Of a stretch of 40,839 nucleotides of DNA, positions 10,531 through 19,300 are shown piece after piece. Below the pieces are notes generated by a model that was not told where the DNA came from, searched no databases, and saw nothing but the letters and a program-made list of their open reading frames with translations. The stretch is from an uncultured Clostridia bacterium (GTDB lineage: Bacteria > Bacillota > Clostridia > TANB77 > CAG-508): the NCBI GenBank assembly GCA_947624925.1, contig CANQMG010000003.1, positions 1-40,839 of the forward strand, in the 5' to 3' direction. The translations under genes were made by a program, and so were the position numbers. The first letter of the stretch is position 1; every line of letters begins with the position of its first letter.

Positions 10531-11082
10531 ATGTGGATTGCATTAATAGTTATAGCTGTAATTGTTATAATTTTAATTGCTATTTATAATGGTTTAGTAT
10601 CTTCAAGATTAAAAGTAAAAAATGCATGGAGTCAAATTGATGTACAATTACAAAGAAGATTTGATTTAATTCCAAATTTAGTAGATACTGTAAAAGGATA
10701 TATGAAACATGAAAATGAAACATTAACTAAGATAGCAGAATTAAGAACAGCATGGGCAGGAGCAAATACAGTTGCACAAAAAGCAGAATTAGATAATCAA
10801 TTATCAAGCACATTAAAAACAATTATGGCAGTATCAGAAAATTATCCAGATTTAAAGGCAAATCAAAATTTTTCAGATCTACAAGAAGAACTAAGAAATA
10901 CGGAAAATAAAATATCTTATGCAAGACAATTTTATAATGATAGTGTAACAATGTATAATACAAAATTAGCAGTATTTCCAAATAATATAATAGCTTCAAT
11001 GTTTAGATTTCAAGAAGAAGAATTATTCAAAACAGATGATGATGAAGCTAGAAAAAACGTAAAAGTAGATTTTAATAACTAA
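10531..11082 (+). CDS. lemA: LemA family protein
   Basis: AWSQIDVQLQRRFDLIPNLV, ENYPDLKAN, ARQFYND. Confidence 0.95.
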   Translation: MWIALIVIAVIVIILIAIYNGLVSSRLKVKNAWSQIDVQLQRRFDLIPNLVDTVKGYMKHENETLTKIAELRTAWAGANTVAQKAELDNQLSSTLKTIMAVSENYPDLKANQNFSDLQEELRNTENKISYARQFYNDSVTMYNTKLAVFPNNIIASMFRFQEEELFKTDDDEARKNVKVDFNN

Positions 11083-11083
11083 T

Positions 11084-11111
11084 AATTTGGGCGTACATGC
11101 GCCCAATTTTT
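11084..11111 (+). terminator. Hairpin or terminator between lemA and htpX
   Basis: TTGGGCGT-ACAT-GCGCCCAA followed by TTTTT. Confidence 0.6.
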
Positions 11112-11153
11112 AGCTATATAATAATGTTTTAAGCAAATTAAAGGAGAAACTTT

Positions 11154-12050
11154 ATGTATGAAGATATAAAGAAAAATAAAATTAAATCAGGTTTTATTGT
11201 ATCAGGTTTTATATTAATGATAACAATAATAGTATATTATATATGTGCAGCATTTGACTTAGGTGCATTTTCAATTGTAATAGCATTAATAGTTTCAATA
11301 ATATCTGCATGGGCATCATATTATAACAGTGATAAAATAATATTATCAATAAGTAATGCACGACCTGCAACAAAAGAAGAATATCAAAAATTAGTTAATA
11401 TATTAGATGCATTAGTTGTAAGTGCAGGTATGACTGTAACACCAAGAATATATGTAGTTGAAGATAATCAGCCAAATGCATTTGCAACTGGAAGAGATCC
11501 AGAACATTCTGTAATATGTGTTACATCAGCACTATTAGAGAAATTAGATTACTATGAACTAGAAGGTGTTATTGCACATGAATTATCACATATATATAAT
11601 TATGATATTAGACTTTCTGCAGTAATAACAGTAATGGTAGGACTAATAGTTATGGTATCAGATATGTTTACAAGAAATATATTTTTTTCAAGAAGATCAA
11701 GTAGAGATGATGATAATAAATCAAATGGAATATTAATGATATTGGGATTGATATTTTTAATAATATCTCCAATATTTGCAAAATTACTACAATTATGTGT
11801 ATCACGTAGAAGAGAATTTTTAGCCGATGCTACGGCTATACAATTTACAAGGAATCCAGATGGATTAATATCTGCACTTGAAAAAATATCTAATGATCCA
11901 AATGAATTGCAAACAGCAAGTACATCAACAGCACATATGTATATAGAAGATCCATTTAGAAAAAATTTAAAAAGTGGTAAAAAAACGAGTATATTTTCAA
12001 CTCATCCTAGTACAGAAGATAGGATAGCAGCATTAAAAGCTTTAAGATAA
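11154..12050 (+). CDS. htpX: Zinc metalloprotease HtpX (M48)
   Basis: PNAFATG, HELSH (HExxH), SRRREFLADA, STHP..EDRI; follows lemA. Confidence 0.93.
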   Translation: MYEDIKKNKIKSGFIVSGFILMITIIVYYICAAFDLGAFSIVIALIVSIISAWASYYNSDKIILSISNARPATKEEYQKLVNILDALVVSAGMTVTPRIYVVEDNQPNAFATGRDPEHSVICVTSALLEKLDYYELEGVIAHELSHIYNYDIRLSAVITVMVGLIVMVSDMFTRNIFFSRRSSRDDDNKSNGILMILGLIFLIISPIFAKLLQLCVSRRREFLADATAIQFTRNPDGLISALEKISNDPNELQTASTSTAHMYIEDPFRKNLKSGKKTSIFSTHPSTEDRIAALKALR

Positions 12051-12125
12051 AAAAATAAAAAATAAAATAATATAAAAAATATAAAGGCAGGTCTAAGACC
12101 TGCCTAAAATATTAAAAAAAATTAA

Positions 12126-12154
12126 TCATATTTTTGTACAAGCAGGCATATAAT
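12126..12154 (+). promoter_or_regulatory. sigmaE-like sporulation promoter
   Basis: TCATATT-14 bp-CATATAAT, close to the B. subtilis sigmaE consensus. Confidence 0.55.
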
Positions 12155-12201
12155 TTACTAAAAGTATTTATTTTCTAAGGATATGGACGTGTTTCGAAAA
12201 T

Positions 12202-12230
12202 TTGACATATAATGTAATATATGGTAAAAT
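12202..12230 (+). promoter_or_regulatory. sigmaA promoter
   Basis: TTGACA-17 bp-TAAAAT with a TG extension. Confidence 0.75.
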
Positions 12231-12263
12231 ACAAATGTCACTTTAAGGAGGGATAAAATATTT

Positions 12264-13256
12264 ATGGGGAATAATGAAAAGGCATCTTTTCAAATAATAA
12301 AAATTGCAATAATTTTATTTATTTTTTTAGCAATATTTAGCATTGGATTTAGGGTTTTTGGTACACAAATAAACAATGTAAAAATAATATTATCAGACAA
12401 TTATGAAATGAATGTATTAACTTCTAAAAATAAAGTTTCAGAAATATTAAAAGAAAACCATATAATATTAATGCCAGATGAAAAAGTGTATCCTGGAGAA
12501 GATGAGAATATATTAGAAAATAATAAAATAGTAATATCTAAAAATAATAAAACAATAACACAAATTGCAGATGAAAGTGAAGAAGTAACATTAGATGAAA
12601 TAATGAATAACTACACACCAATAATAGAAAAAATAGTTGAAAAAGAAGAAGAAATACCTTTTGAAACAATAACTAAAAAATCAAGCACTACAGAAACACA
12701 AAGAGGAAATGAAGTTATTCAAGAGGGAAAAAATGGAATAAAGAAAACAACATACAAAATAAAGTATCAGAATGATGAAGAAATAGAAAGAACAATATTA
12801 AAGGAAGAAATTATAAAAAAACCAGTGAATAAAATTGTTCAAGTAGTATCTGTAGTTTCATCAAGAAGTGGAAATAGAACAAATATAGATGTTTCTAAAG
12901 CATCTGGTTCAATTGCTAAAAAAGTAGAAAATATTACTCCTATAGTAAAAACATTAAATACATCTGCTTATACTGCATCAACTTGTGGAAAAAGCCCAAC
13001 AAGCAAAGGCTATGGAGTCACAGCATCAGGAACAAAAGCGACAGCTTGGTATACAGTAGCAGCAGGAAAAGGATATCCTATAGGAACAGTAATATATATA
13101 CCATATTTTAAAAATAAGCCAAATGGAGGATGGTTTGTAGTACAAGATAGAGGTGGAGCAATAAGCAATAATAAATTAGATGTGTATATGAACACATATA
13201 ATGAATGTATTCAATTTGGTAGAAAAAACCTAGAATGTTATATTTATATGAAATAA
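12264..13256 (+). CDS. G5 and 3D domain cell-wall protein (YabE/Sps-like)
   Basis: TM helix, DUF348-like segment, G5 domain (EEIPFETI...VIQEGKNG) and 3D domain (SAY...GVTASG...QDRGGAI..NKLDVY). Confidence 0.85.
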   Translation: MGNNEKASFQIIKIAIILFIFLAIFSIGFRVFGTQINNVKIILSDNYEMNVLTSKNKVSEILKENHIILMPDEKVYPGEDENILENNKIVISKNNKTITQIADESEEVTLDEIMNNYTPIIEKIVEKEEEIPFETITKKSSTTETQRGNEVIQEGKNGIKKTTYKIKYQNDEEIERTILKEEIIKKPVNKIVQVVSVVSSRSGNRTNIDVSKASGSIAKKVENITPIVKTLNTSAYTASTCGKSPTSKGYGVTASGTKATAWYTVAAGKGYPIGTVIYIPYFKNKPNGGWFVVQDRGGAISNNKLDVYMNTYNECIQFGRKNLECYIYMK

Positions 13257-13290
13257 AAAAGAAAACCGATAACTGATGTTATCGGTTTTA
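13257..13290. terminator. Bidirectional intrinsic terminator between convergent genes
   Basis: AAAACCGATAAC-TGAT-GTTATCGGTTTT. Confidence 0.85.
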
Positions 13291-13309
13291 CATTAATTTT
13301 ATTTTAACC

Positions 13310-13657
13310 TTATATAGTTGCTAAATAGTCTAAATATGTATTTAAAAATTTTTCCAAATCATTTTGTTCTACTTCGCCCACTTTAAATTTTATTTCTTCT
13401 TCAGAAATTTCAATAAAGTCATCACATTTTACAATACTATCTTTGTTTAAATTATTCTTATTATTTTTTCTTAACATTTTATTATATGGATATTTAATTT
13501 GTTCCTGATTTGATGTTAATAAAAAACCAAAATAACTATCAATATCTATTGCCTGTCCATCATCTATTATTACTAAAAAATGATTTGCTCCTTCTTTTCC
13601 ACTTTTATAGAAATATTTAGATACAAAAACTATATCTCCAATATTAAAATTTTTCAT
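13310..13657 (-). CDS. PemK/MazF-like type II toxin
   Basis: GDIVFV...H.LVI...LLTS...NNLNKDSIVKCD...FKVGEV pattern of the PemK fold; 115 aa. Confidence 0.7.
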   Translation of the reverse strand: MKNFNIGDIVFVSKYFYKSGKEGANHFLVIIDDGQAIDIDSYFGFLLTSNQEQIKYPYNKMLRKNNKNNLNKDSIVKCDDFIEISEEEIKFKVGEVEQNDLEKFLNTYLDYLATI

Positions 13658-13658
13658 T

Positions 13659-13829
13659 TTAATTTGCTCCTTTTATTTTAGAAGTATAATAAATGACTTC
13701 TTTTTCTGATAAAGCATACTCTTTTGATTCTTTTGTATCACAAAAATCAGAATATTTTTTTATTAATCCTTTTTGTTGAGCTTTTTTAACCAATTCTGTT
13801 GCTCTTTTTTTATAATCTGAATCCACCAT
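13659..13829 (-). CDS. 56-aa protein missing from the ORF track; putative antitoxin
   Basis: MVDSDYKKRATELVKKAQQKGLIKKYSDFCDTKESKEYALSEKEVIYYTSKIKGAN*; AGGAGG RBS; stop 1 nt before the toxin ATG; its last codons contain the toxin RBS (AAGGAG). Confidence 0.75.
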   Translation of the reverse strand: MVDSDYKKRATELVKKAQQKGLIKKYSDFCDTKESKEYALSEKEVIYYTSKIKGAN

Positions 13830-13920
13830 TTCTTATACCTCCTATATATATTATTTCAACTTTCATAATATTAATACTATAATATGAAAAGCAAATAAAA
13901 ATGATTTAATTATTAAATTT

Positions 13921-13949
13921 ATTATAGCATAAATTTAACATAATATCAA
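13921..13949 (-). promoter_or_regulatory. sigmaA promoter for the small ORF/PemK operon
   Basis: Minus strand TTGATA-17 bp-TATAAT with a TG extension. Confidence 0.65.
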
Positions 13950-14003
13950 TTTTTATTTATAATTAATATATATTATTCTAAATCGTTCTGTCAAGAAAAA
14001 TCG

Positions 14004-14078
14004 TTCGACATTTTTGTCGAATTATGGTGGATTCAAATTTTAATTAATGTTATAAAAATTATTTTTTTTCTTGTCGAA
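14004..14078. promoter_or_regulatory. Three perfect Spo0A boxes (TGTCGAA)
   Basis: TTCGACA 14004-14010, TGTCGAA 14015-14021 and TGTCGAA 14072-14078. Confidence 0.65.
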
Positions 14079-14231
14079 AAATGTATTATTATAAAATAAA
14101 TAATTATCGTTTTCAAATTTCCGTAGGAGAAGCAAGTTTACATATAACTTTTTGTTTAAAATCCTTGAAAATATTGAAAAAAAGATATATAATATTGTTG
14201 TTAAAATTCAAAAGTGTAAACTGGAGGAATT

Positions 14232-14999
14232 ATGAAATTAATTTCGTGGAATGTAAATGGATTAAGGGCTGTGTTAAAAAAGGGATTTGAAGATTTTTTT
14301 TATAATGAAAATGCTGATATTTTTTGTATTCAAGAAACAAAAATGCAAGAAGGACAAGCTCAAATAGAATTTAAAGGATACAATATATATTGGAATAGCG
14401 CAGAAAAAAAGGGATATTCAGGAACAGCAATATTTACAAAAATAAAACCAAAAAATGTATTTTATGGAATTAATAAAGAAGAACATGATAAAGAAGGAAG
14501 AGTTATAACATTAGAATTTGATAAATTTTATTTAGTAAATTGTTATACTCCAAATTCAAAAAGAGAATTAGAAAGATTAGACTATAGGATGATATGGGAA
14601 GATGACTTTAGAAATTATCTAATAAATTTAGATAAGAAAAAAGCTGTTATCTTATGTGGAGATTTAAATGTTGCACATAAAGAAATTGATTTAAAAAATC
14701 CAAAATCAAATAGAAGAAATGCAGGATTTACAGATGAGGAACGAAATAAAATGACATCACTTTTAGAAAGCAACTTTATAGATACATTTAGATATAAATA
14801 TCCTAATAAAGAAAACTGTTACACATGGTGGTCTTATATGGCAAATTCAAGAGCCAAAAATATTGGTTGGAGAATAGACTACTTCATAGTATCAGATAAA
14901 ATTAAAAATAAAATAAAAGATGCAATAATATATGATTCAATAATGGGAAGTGATCACTGCCCAATAGGACTAGAATTGGAGGTTAAAAATGAAAAATAA
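14232..14999 (+). CDS. xth: Exodeoxyribonuclease III / AP endonuclease
   Basis: SWNVNGLRA, QETK, GYSG, EGRVI, CGDLNVAH, YTWWSY, GWRIDY, GSDHCP. Confidence 0.96.
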   Translation: MKLISWNVNGLRAVLKKGFEDFFYNENADIFCIQETKMQEGQAQIEFKGYNIYWNSAEKKGYSGTAIFTKIKPKNVFYGINKEEHDKEGRVITLEFDKFYLVNCYTPNSKRELERLDYRMIWEDDFRNYLINLDKKKAVILCGDLNVAHKEIDLKNPKSNRRNAGFTDEERNKMTSLLESNFIDTFRYKYPNKENCYTWWSYMANSRAKNIGWRIDYFIVSDKIKNKIKDAIIYDSIMGSDHCPIGLELEVKNEK

Positions 15000-16134
15000 A
15001 AATAACATATGGTGGAAATGGATATATTGGTTTTTATTTGCAGTAGCAGTTATAGCAGTTTATAAAACGATGGATAATTTTAATGAAATAATAGTTTTTT
15101 TTAAAAACTTATTTGGAATATTAATGCCATTTATTATAGGCGCACTATTAGCATATTTACTATATGTACCATGTAAAAAAGTAGAGAGTGCTGTAAAAAA
15201 ATCAAAATTTAAATTTGTAAGAAAGAGAGCGAGAGGTATTTCAATTTTAATTGTATATGTAATACTATTTCTAATATTAATAATAGCTATAAACTTTATA
15301 TTACCACCAATTGCAAAAAGTTTAATAGATTTATACAATAATTTACCATCATATTATGATGGAGCTGTAAAGAAAATAGATGAAATACCAGAAGATTCAA
15401 TATTAAATAAAATAAATATAAAGCAAATTGCAGAAAATTTAAAGCAAATTGATTTAGGCAAGTACATTAATATAGAAACATTAGGCTCATATGCTAAGGG
15501 AATAATAAATATCGCAAATGCAATATTAGATATTTTTGTAACTTTAATAATATCAATATATACATTATTAGAAAGAAAACAAATTTTAGAATTTTTTAAA
15601 AAAGTTCTTATGGCAATCCTAAAGAATGATACATATGTAAGCATTGGAAAATATTTAAAAAGAACAAATGAAATATTTTTTAAATTCTTATCAGGACAAA
15701 TATTAGATTCAATAATAATTTGGATATTAATATCAATTGCAATGTTAATTATGAAAGTAAGATATGGAGTATTGCTTGCATTTATGATTGGATTATTCAA
15801 TTTAATTCCTTTCTTAGGGGCAATTATTGCAGTAACAGCAGCAATAATAATAACTGTAATTACTGGTGGAATTTCTCAAGCAATATGTGTTGCAATTGTA
15901 GTGATAATATTACAGCAAATAGATGCAAATATTATAAATCCTAAAATAATAGGAACATCACTACAAATTAGTCCAATACTTGTAATATTATCTGTAAGTT
16001 TGATAGGATCATATTTTGGAATATTGGGAATGTTCCTAGCTGTTCCAATTGTTACAGTATTCAAATTAATATTAATGGATTATATCGATTTTAAAAATGA
16101 AAAGAATTTACATAATAAAAATATAAGCAACTAA
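14989..16134 (+). CDS. AI-2E family transporter
   Basis: Multi-TM; PFIIGALLAYLL, GQILDS, NLIPFLGAII, QQIDANIINPKIIG, GILGMFLAVP. Confidence 0.9.
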   Translation: MKNKNNIWWKWIYWFLFAVAVIAVYKTMDNFNEIIVFFKNLFGILMPFIIGALLAYLLYVPCKKVESAVKKSKFKFVRKRARGISILIVYVILFLILIIAINFILPPIAKSLIDLYNNLPSYYDGAVKKIDEIPEDSILNKINIKQIAENLKQIDLGKYINIETLGSYAKGIINIANAILDIFVTLIISIYTLLERKQILEFFKKVLMAILKNDTYVSIGKYLKRTNEIFFKFLSGQILDSIIIWILISIAMLIMKVRYGVLLAFMIGLFNLIPFLGAIIAVTAAIIITVITGGISQAICVAIVVIILQQIDANIINPKIIGTSLQISPILVILSVSLIGSYFGILGMFLAVPIVTVFKLILMDYIDFKNEKNLHNKNISN

Positions 16135-16351
16135 AATGAACTATAAAAAAATTTGTAATATAAATTTAATATATGATTAAAATAAATCATAAAATGCATA
16201 ATCCGTAAAAGAAGATATTATAAAAAAATGTCATAAAATTATTTGGTAAAATTTTCAGTATTGTGTTTTGAAAAAATGGTATTATAATATAAATTAGGAT
16301 AAAATGTATTAAAATGCAAAATAATAATGTTTTTAGTAAGGAGTTAAAACT

Positions 16352-19300
16352 ATGAAAAACAAAGACACTAAAAAAATTAATTTATTATTAAAAAAGGGAA
16401 AAGTAGCAATACCAATTGTATTAATTGCAATAGTAATGTTGCTTAGTTTCTTACTGTATAATGTAGGAAATAATAAGAATAATTTAATAAGTAAGGTAGA
16501 AGAAAACCAAGAGGCATTAAATTCAACTGAATATATATATAGAAAAAATTTAAAGGGATATATTACTAATAACAATATAACTATTTATCCTGATAGAACT
16601 CCTGGTATTATGGAATATAATGTAAGATATGTAGAATTGCAAAAAAAGAATGCTAAAGGGGAGTATGAAACATATTCAAATGCTGAGAATGGTAAGTATC
16701 AATATCTACATGGAGATGTAAATAATGATGGAGAAATAAATAAATATGATGCAGGATTAATATGGGGATATTTAGCTGGTCAAGCTAATCTTACTGAAGT
16801 TCAAAAGTTAGCAGCAGATATAAATGGAGATGGAATATTAAATAATATAGATTATCAAATTATATTATATACTACAGAGTCTAGAGAATATATTATAGGT
16901 AACCCTTCTACTAATGGAGATAATGACAAAATTAATGATAATTTTGATAATTATAATGAAATGAAATTTTTAAAGTCTGATGATGCTAGATTAGTGTTAA
17001 GAGCTTATGGAGGAATGTCAGAAGATGGTGAAAAGAATCCTCAAGAAAACAAAGAAACATTAGTTATTAGAATGTTGGCAGATATTGATTTTGATTATAA
17101 ATTTACATATGAAGAAGTAATATTATATTTAAGAGCATCAGCTAACTTAGAAGAAGATCCGTTAAAAGATGAATTAAAGGAATTATGTAATAAATTAGGA
17201 ATTTCAACTGAATATAGTGAAGGAGATGTAAAAACAGCTAAAGAATTTATAGCAGAACAAATATCTGGTATAATCGAATTAAAGAAAAAAATAAATAATG
17301 CATTATATTATTCAGATACTAATAACCAAGTTATGAAACTAAATATGAATAAAAATTTATTACCAGAGATAGTTGAAGAAGGAGAATATAAACTAGTAAC
17401 AAGAAGATTAAAAAATGCTAATGATGGTGGTAACATTAAATTAAGAGATAAAAATGGTTCAAAAACGCAAGATTTTATTTTGAATCATTCAGAAAATGCA
17501 GAAGAATATGAATTTGTAATAGATAAAACTGCTCCAACTGTTACTGGTACATCTCAAAATCCAAATTCTGATAAATGGACTAACAAAAATGTAACCGTTA
17601 CATTAACTTTTGATGAGGACGTTAAAAAATCAGGAGATAATGAATATAGTAAAAGTCAAGATATTACAATTACTGACAATGGAACTGTTAATACAACATT
17701 TTATGATAAAGCTGGAAATAGTGTAAATGTTCCAACAACTGTTACAAATATAGATAGAACACCAGCTGTGATTTCTGCTAGACCAAGTACTATGGAAGAT
17801 AGTAAAAATTTATTTTTATTAATAACAGCAAATGATGATGGAATTACACAAGAACAGTACATTACAAGTGACTTAAATGGTAACGGAAAAGGAAATGTTA
17901 CTGTTTATAAAAATACTGATAATACAGCTATGACTCTTAGTTCATGTGACAATAATGGAAATAAGGATGCATCTGATAAGAATTATACTAGATGTGATAT
18001 AACAGAAAATGGAACGTATGAGGTTAAAGTTACAGATAAAGCAGGAAATGTAACTAGAACAAGTATTGTTATAGATAATATAGATAAAACATCACCTGTA
18101 TATTCTGTAGTATATAGTACAGTAGACCCAACAAATGGAACTGTAACTGCAACAATATATTTTAGTGAAGAGGTAAAAAAAGAAAACACTAATGAATTTA
18201 ATACAGTATTTAAAGAAGACTTTACTTCTAATGGTACATCAAATAAAAAATTTACAGATAAAGCAGGAAATGAAATAACAGTAAATTTAACAGTTAATAA
18301 TATAGACAAAACTGAACCTAATTTAACAGTTACAAAAAAGATTGAAGGTAGCACAGAATGGACATCTGAAAATGCAACATTAAATATAGTAGCTACAGAT
18401 AGTGATATTGCATTTATAAAAGTAAATGGTGGAGTAATTTCTACTAATGAAACAGAAGTTAATGGTATAGATTACATCGTTACAGAAAATGGAGAATACA
18501 AAGTAGAAGTTATAGATAAAGCTGGAAATGTAAGTGCTAAAAAAGTTACAGTATCTAATATAGATAAAACACCAGCAGTTATATCTGTAAAGCCAAGTAC
18601 AACTAATAAAACAAAATCATTATATTTATTAATAACTGCAAATGATGATGGAATTACACAAGATCAGTATATTACAAGTGATTTAAATACTAGCGGAAAA
18701 GGAAATGTTAGTGTTTATAGAAATAGTGGTTCAAGTACTCTTACAGTTAACTCTTCAGATGGAAATGGTAATACCAGTGCATCTAAAAAGAATTATACAA
18801 AATGTGAAATAACGGAAAATGGAATATATGAAGTAAAGGTAACAGATAAAGCACAAAATATAACAAGAAAAACAATTTTAATAGACAATATTGATAAAAT
18901 TAATCCAACTGAAAAAGTTATATATAGTGAATATGGACCAACAAATAATAATGTAACAGCAACAGTATATTTTAGTGAACCAGTAAGTGTTAGTTTAGAT
19001 AATAAAAATAGTTATAGTAAACAGTACTTTACAACATATACATATGATTTTTCTGAAAATGGTACAAAAACATTAAATTATAAAGATGAAGCAGGAAATG
19101 AAAAGTCAGTAGAATTAAACGTTCAAAATATAGATAAAACAGCACCAAACGCACCTACTATTACAGGAAATCCTACAAATTGGACAAATGAAGATGCTAC
19201 ATTAAATATAACAGCATCAGATAATGATGGTGGATTAGGAATAGCAGAAATAAAAGTAAATGGTGCAATAGTATCAAATACTTCACCAGCTACATATGAG

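Noticed and set aside
14081-14290. 69-aa ORF overlapping the xth start
   Set aside because: No RBS, overlaps the xth promoter region, and shows no recognisable homology.
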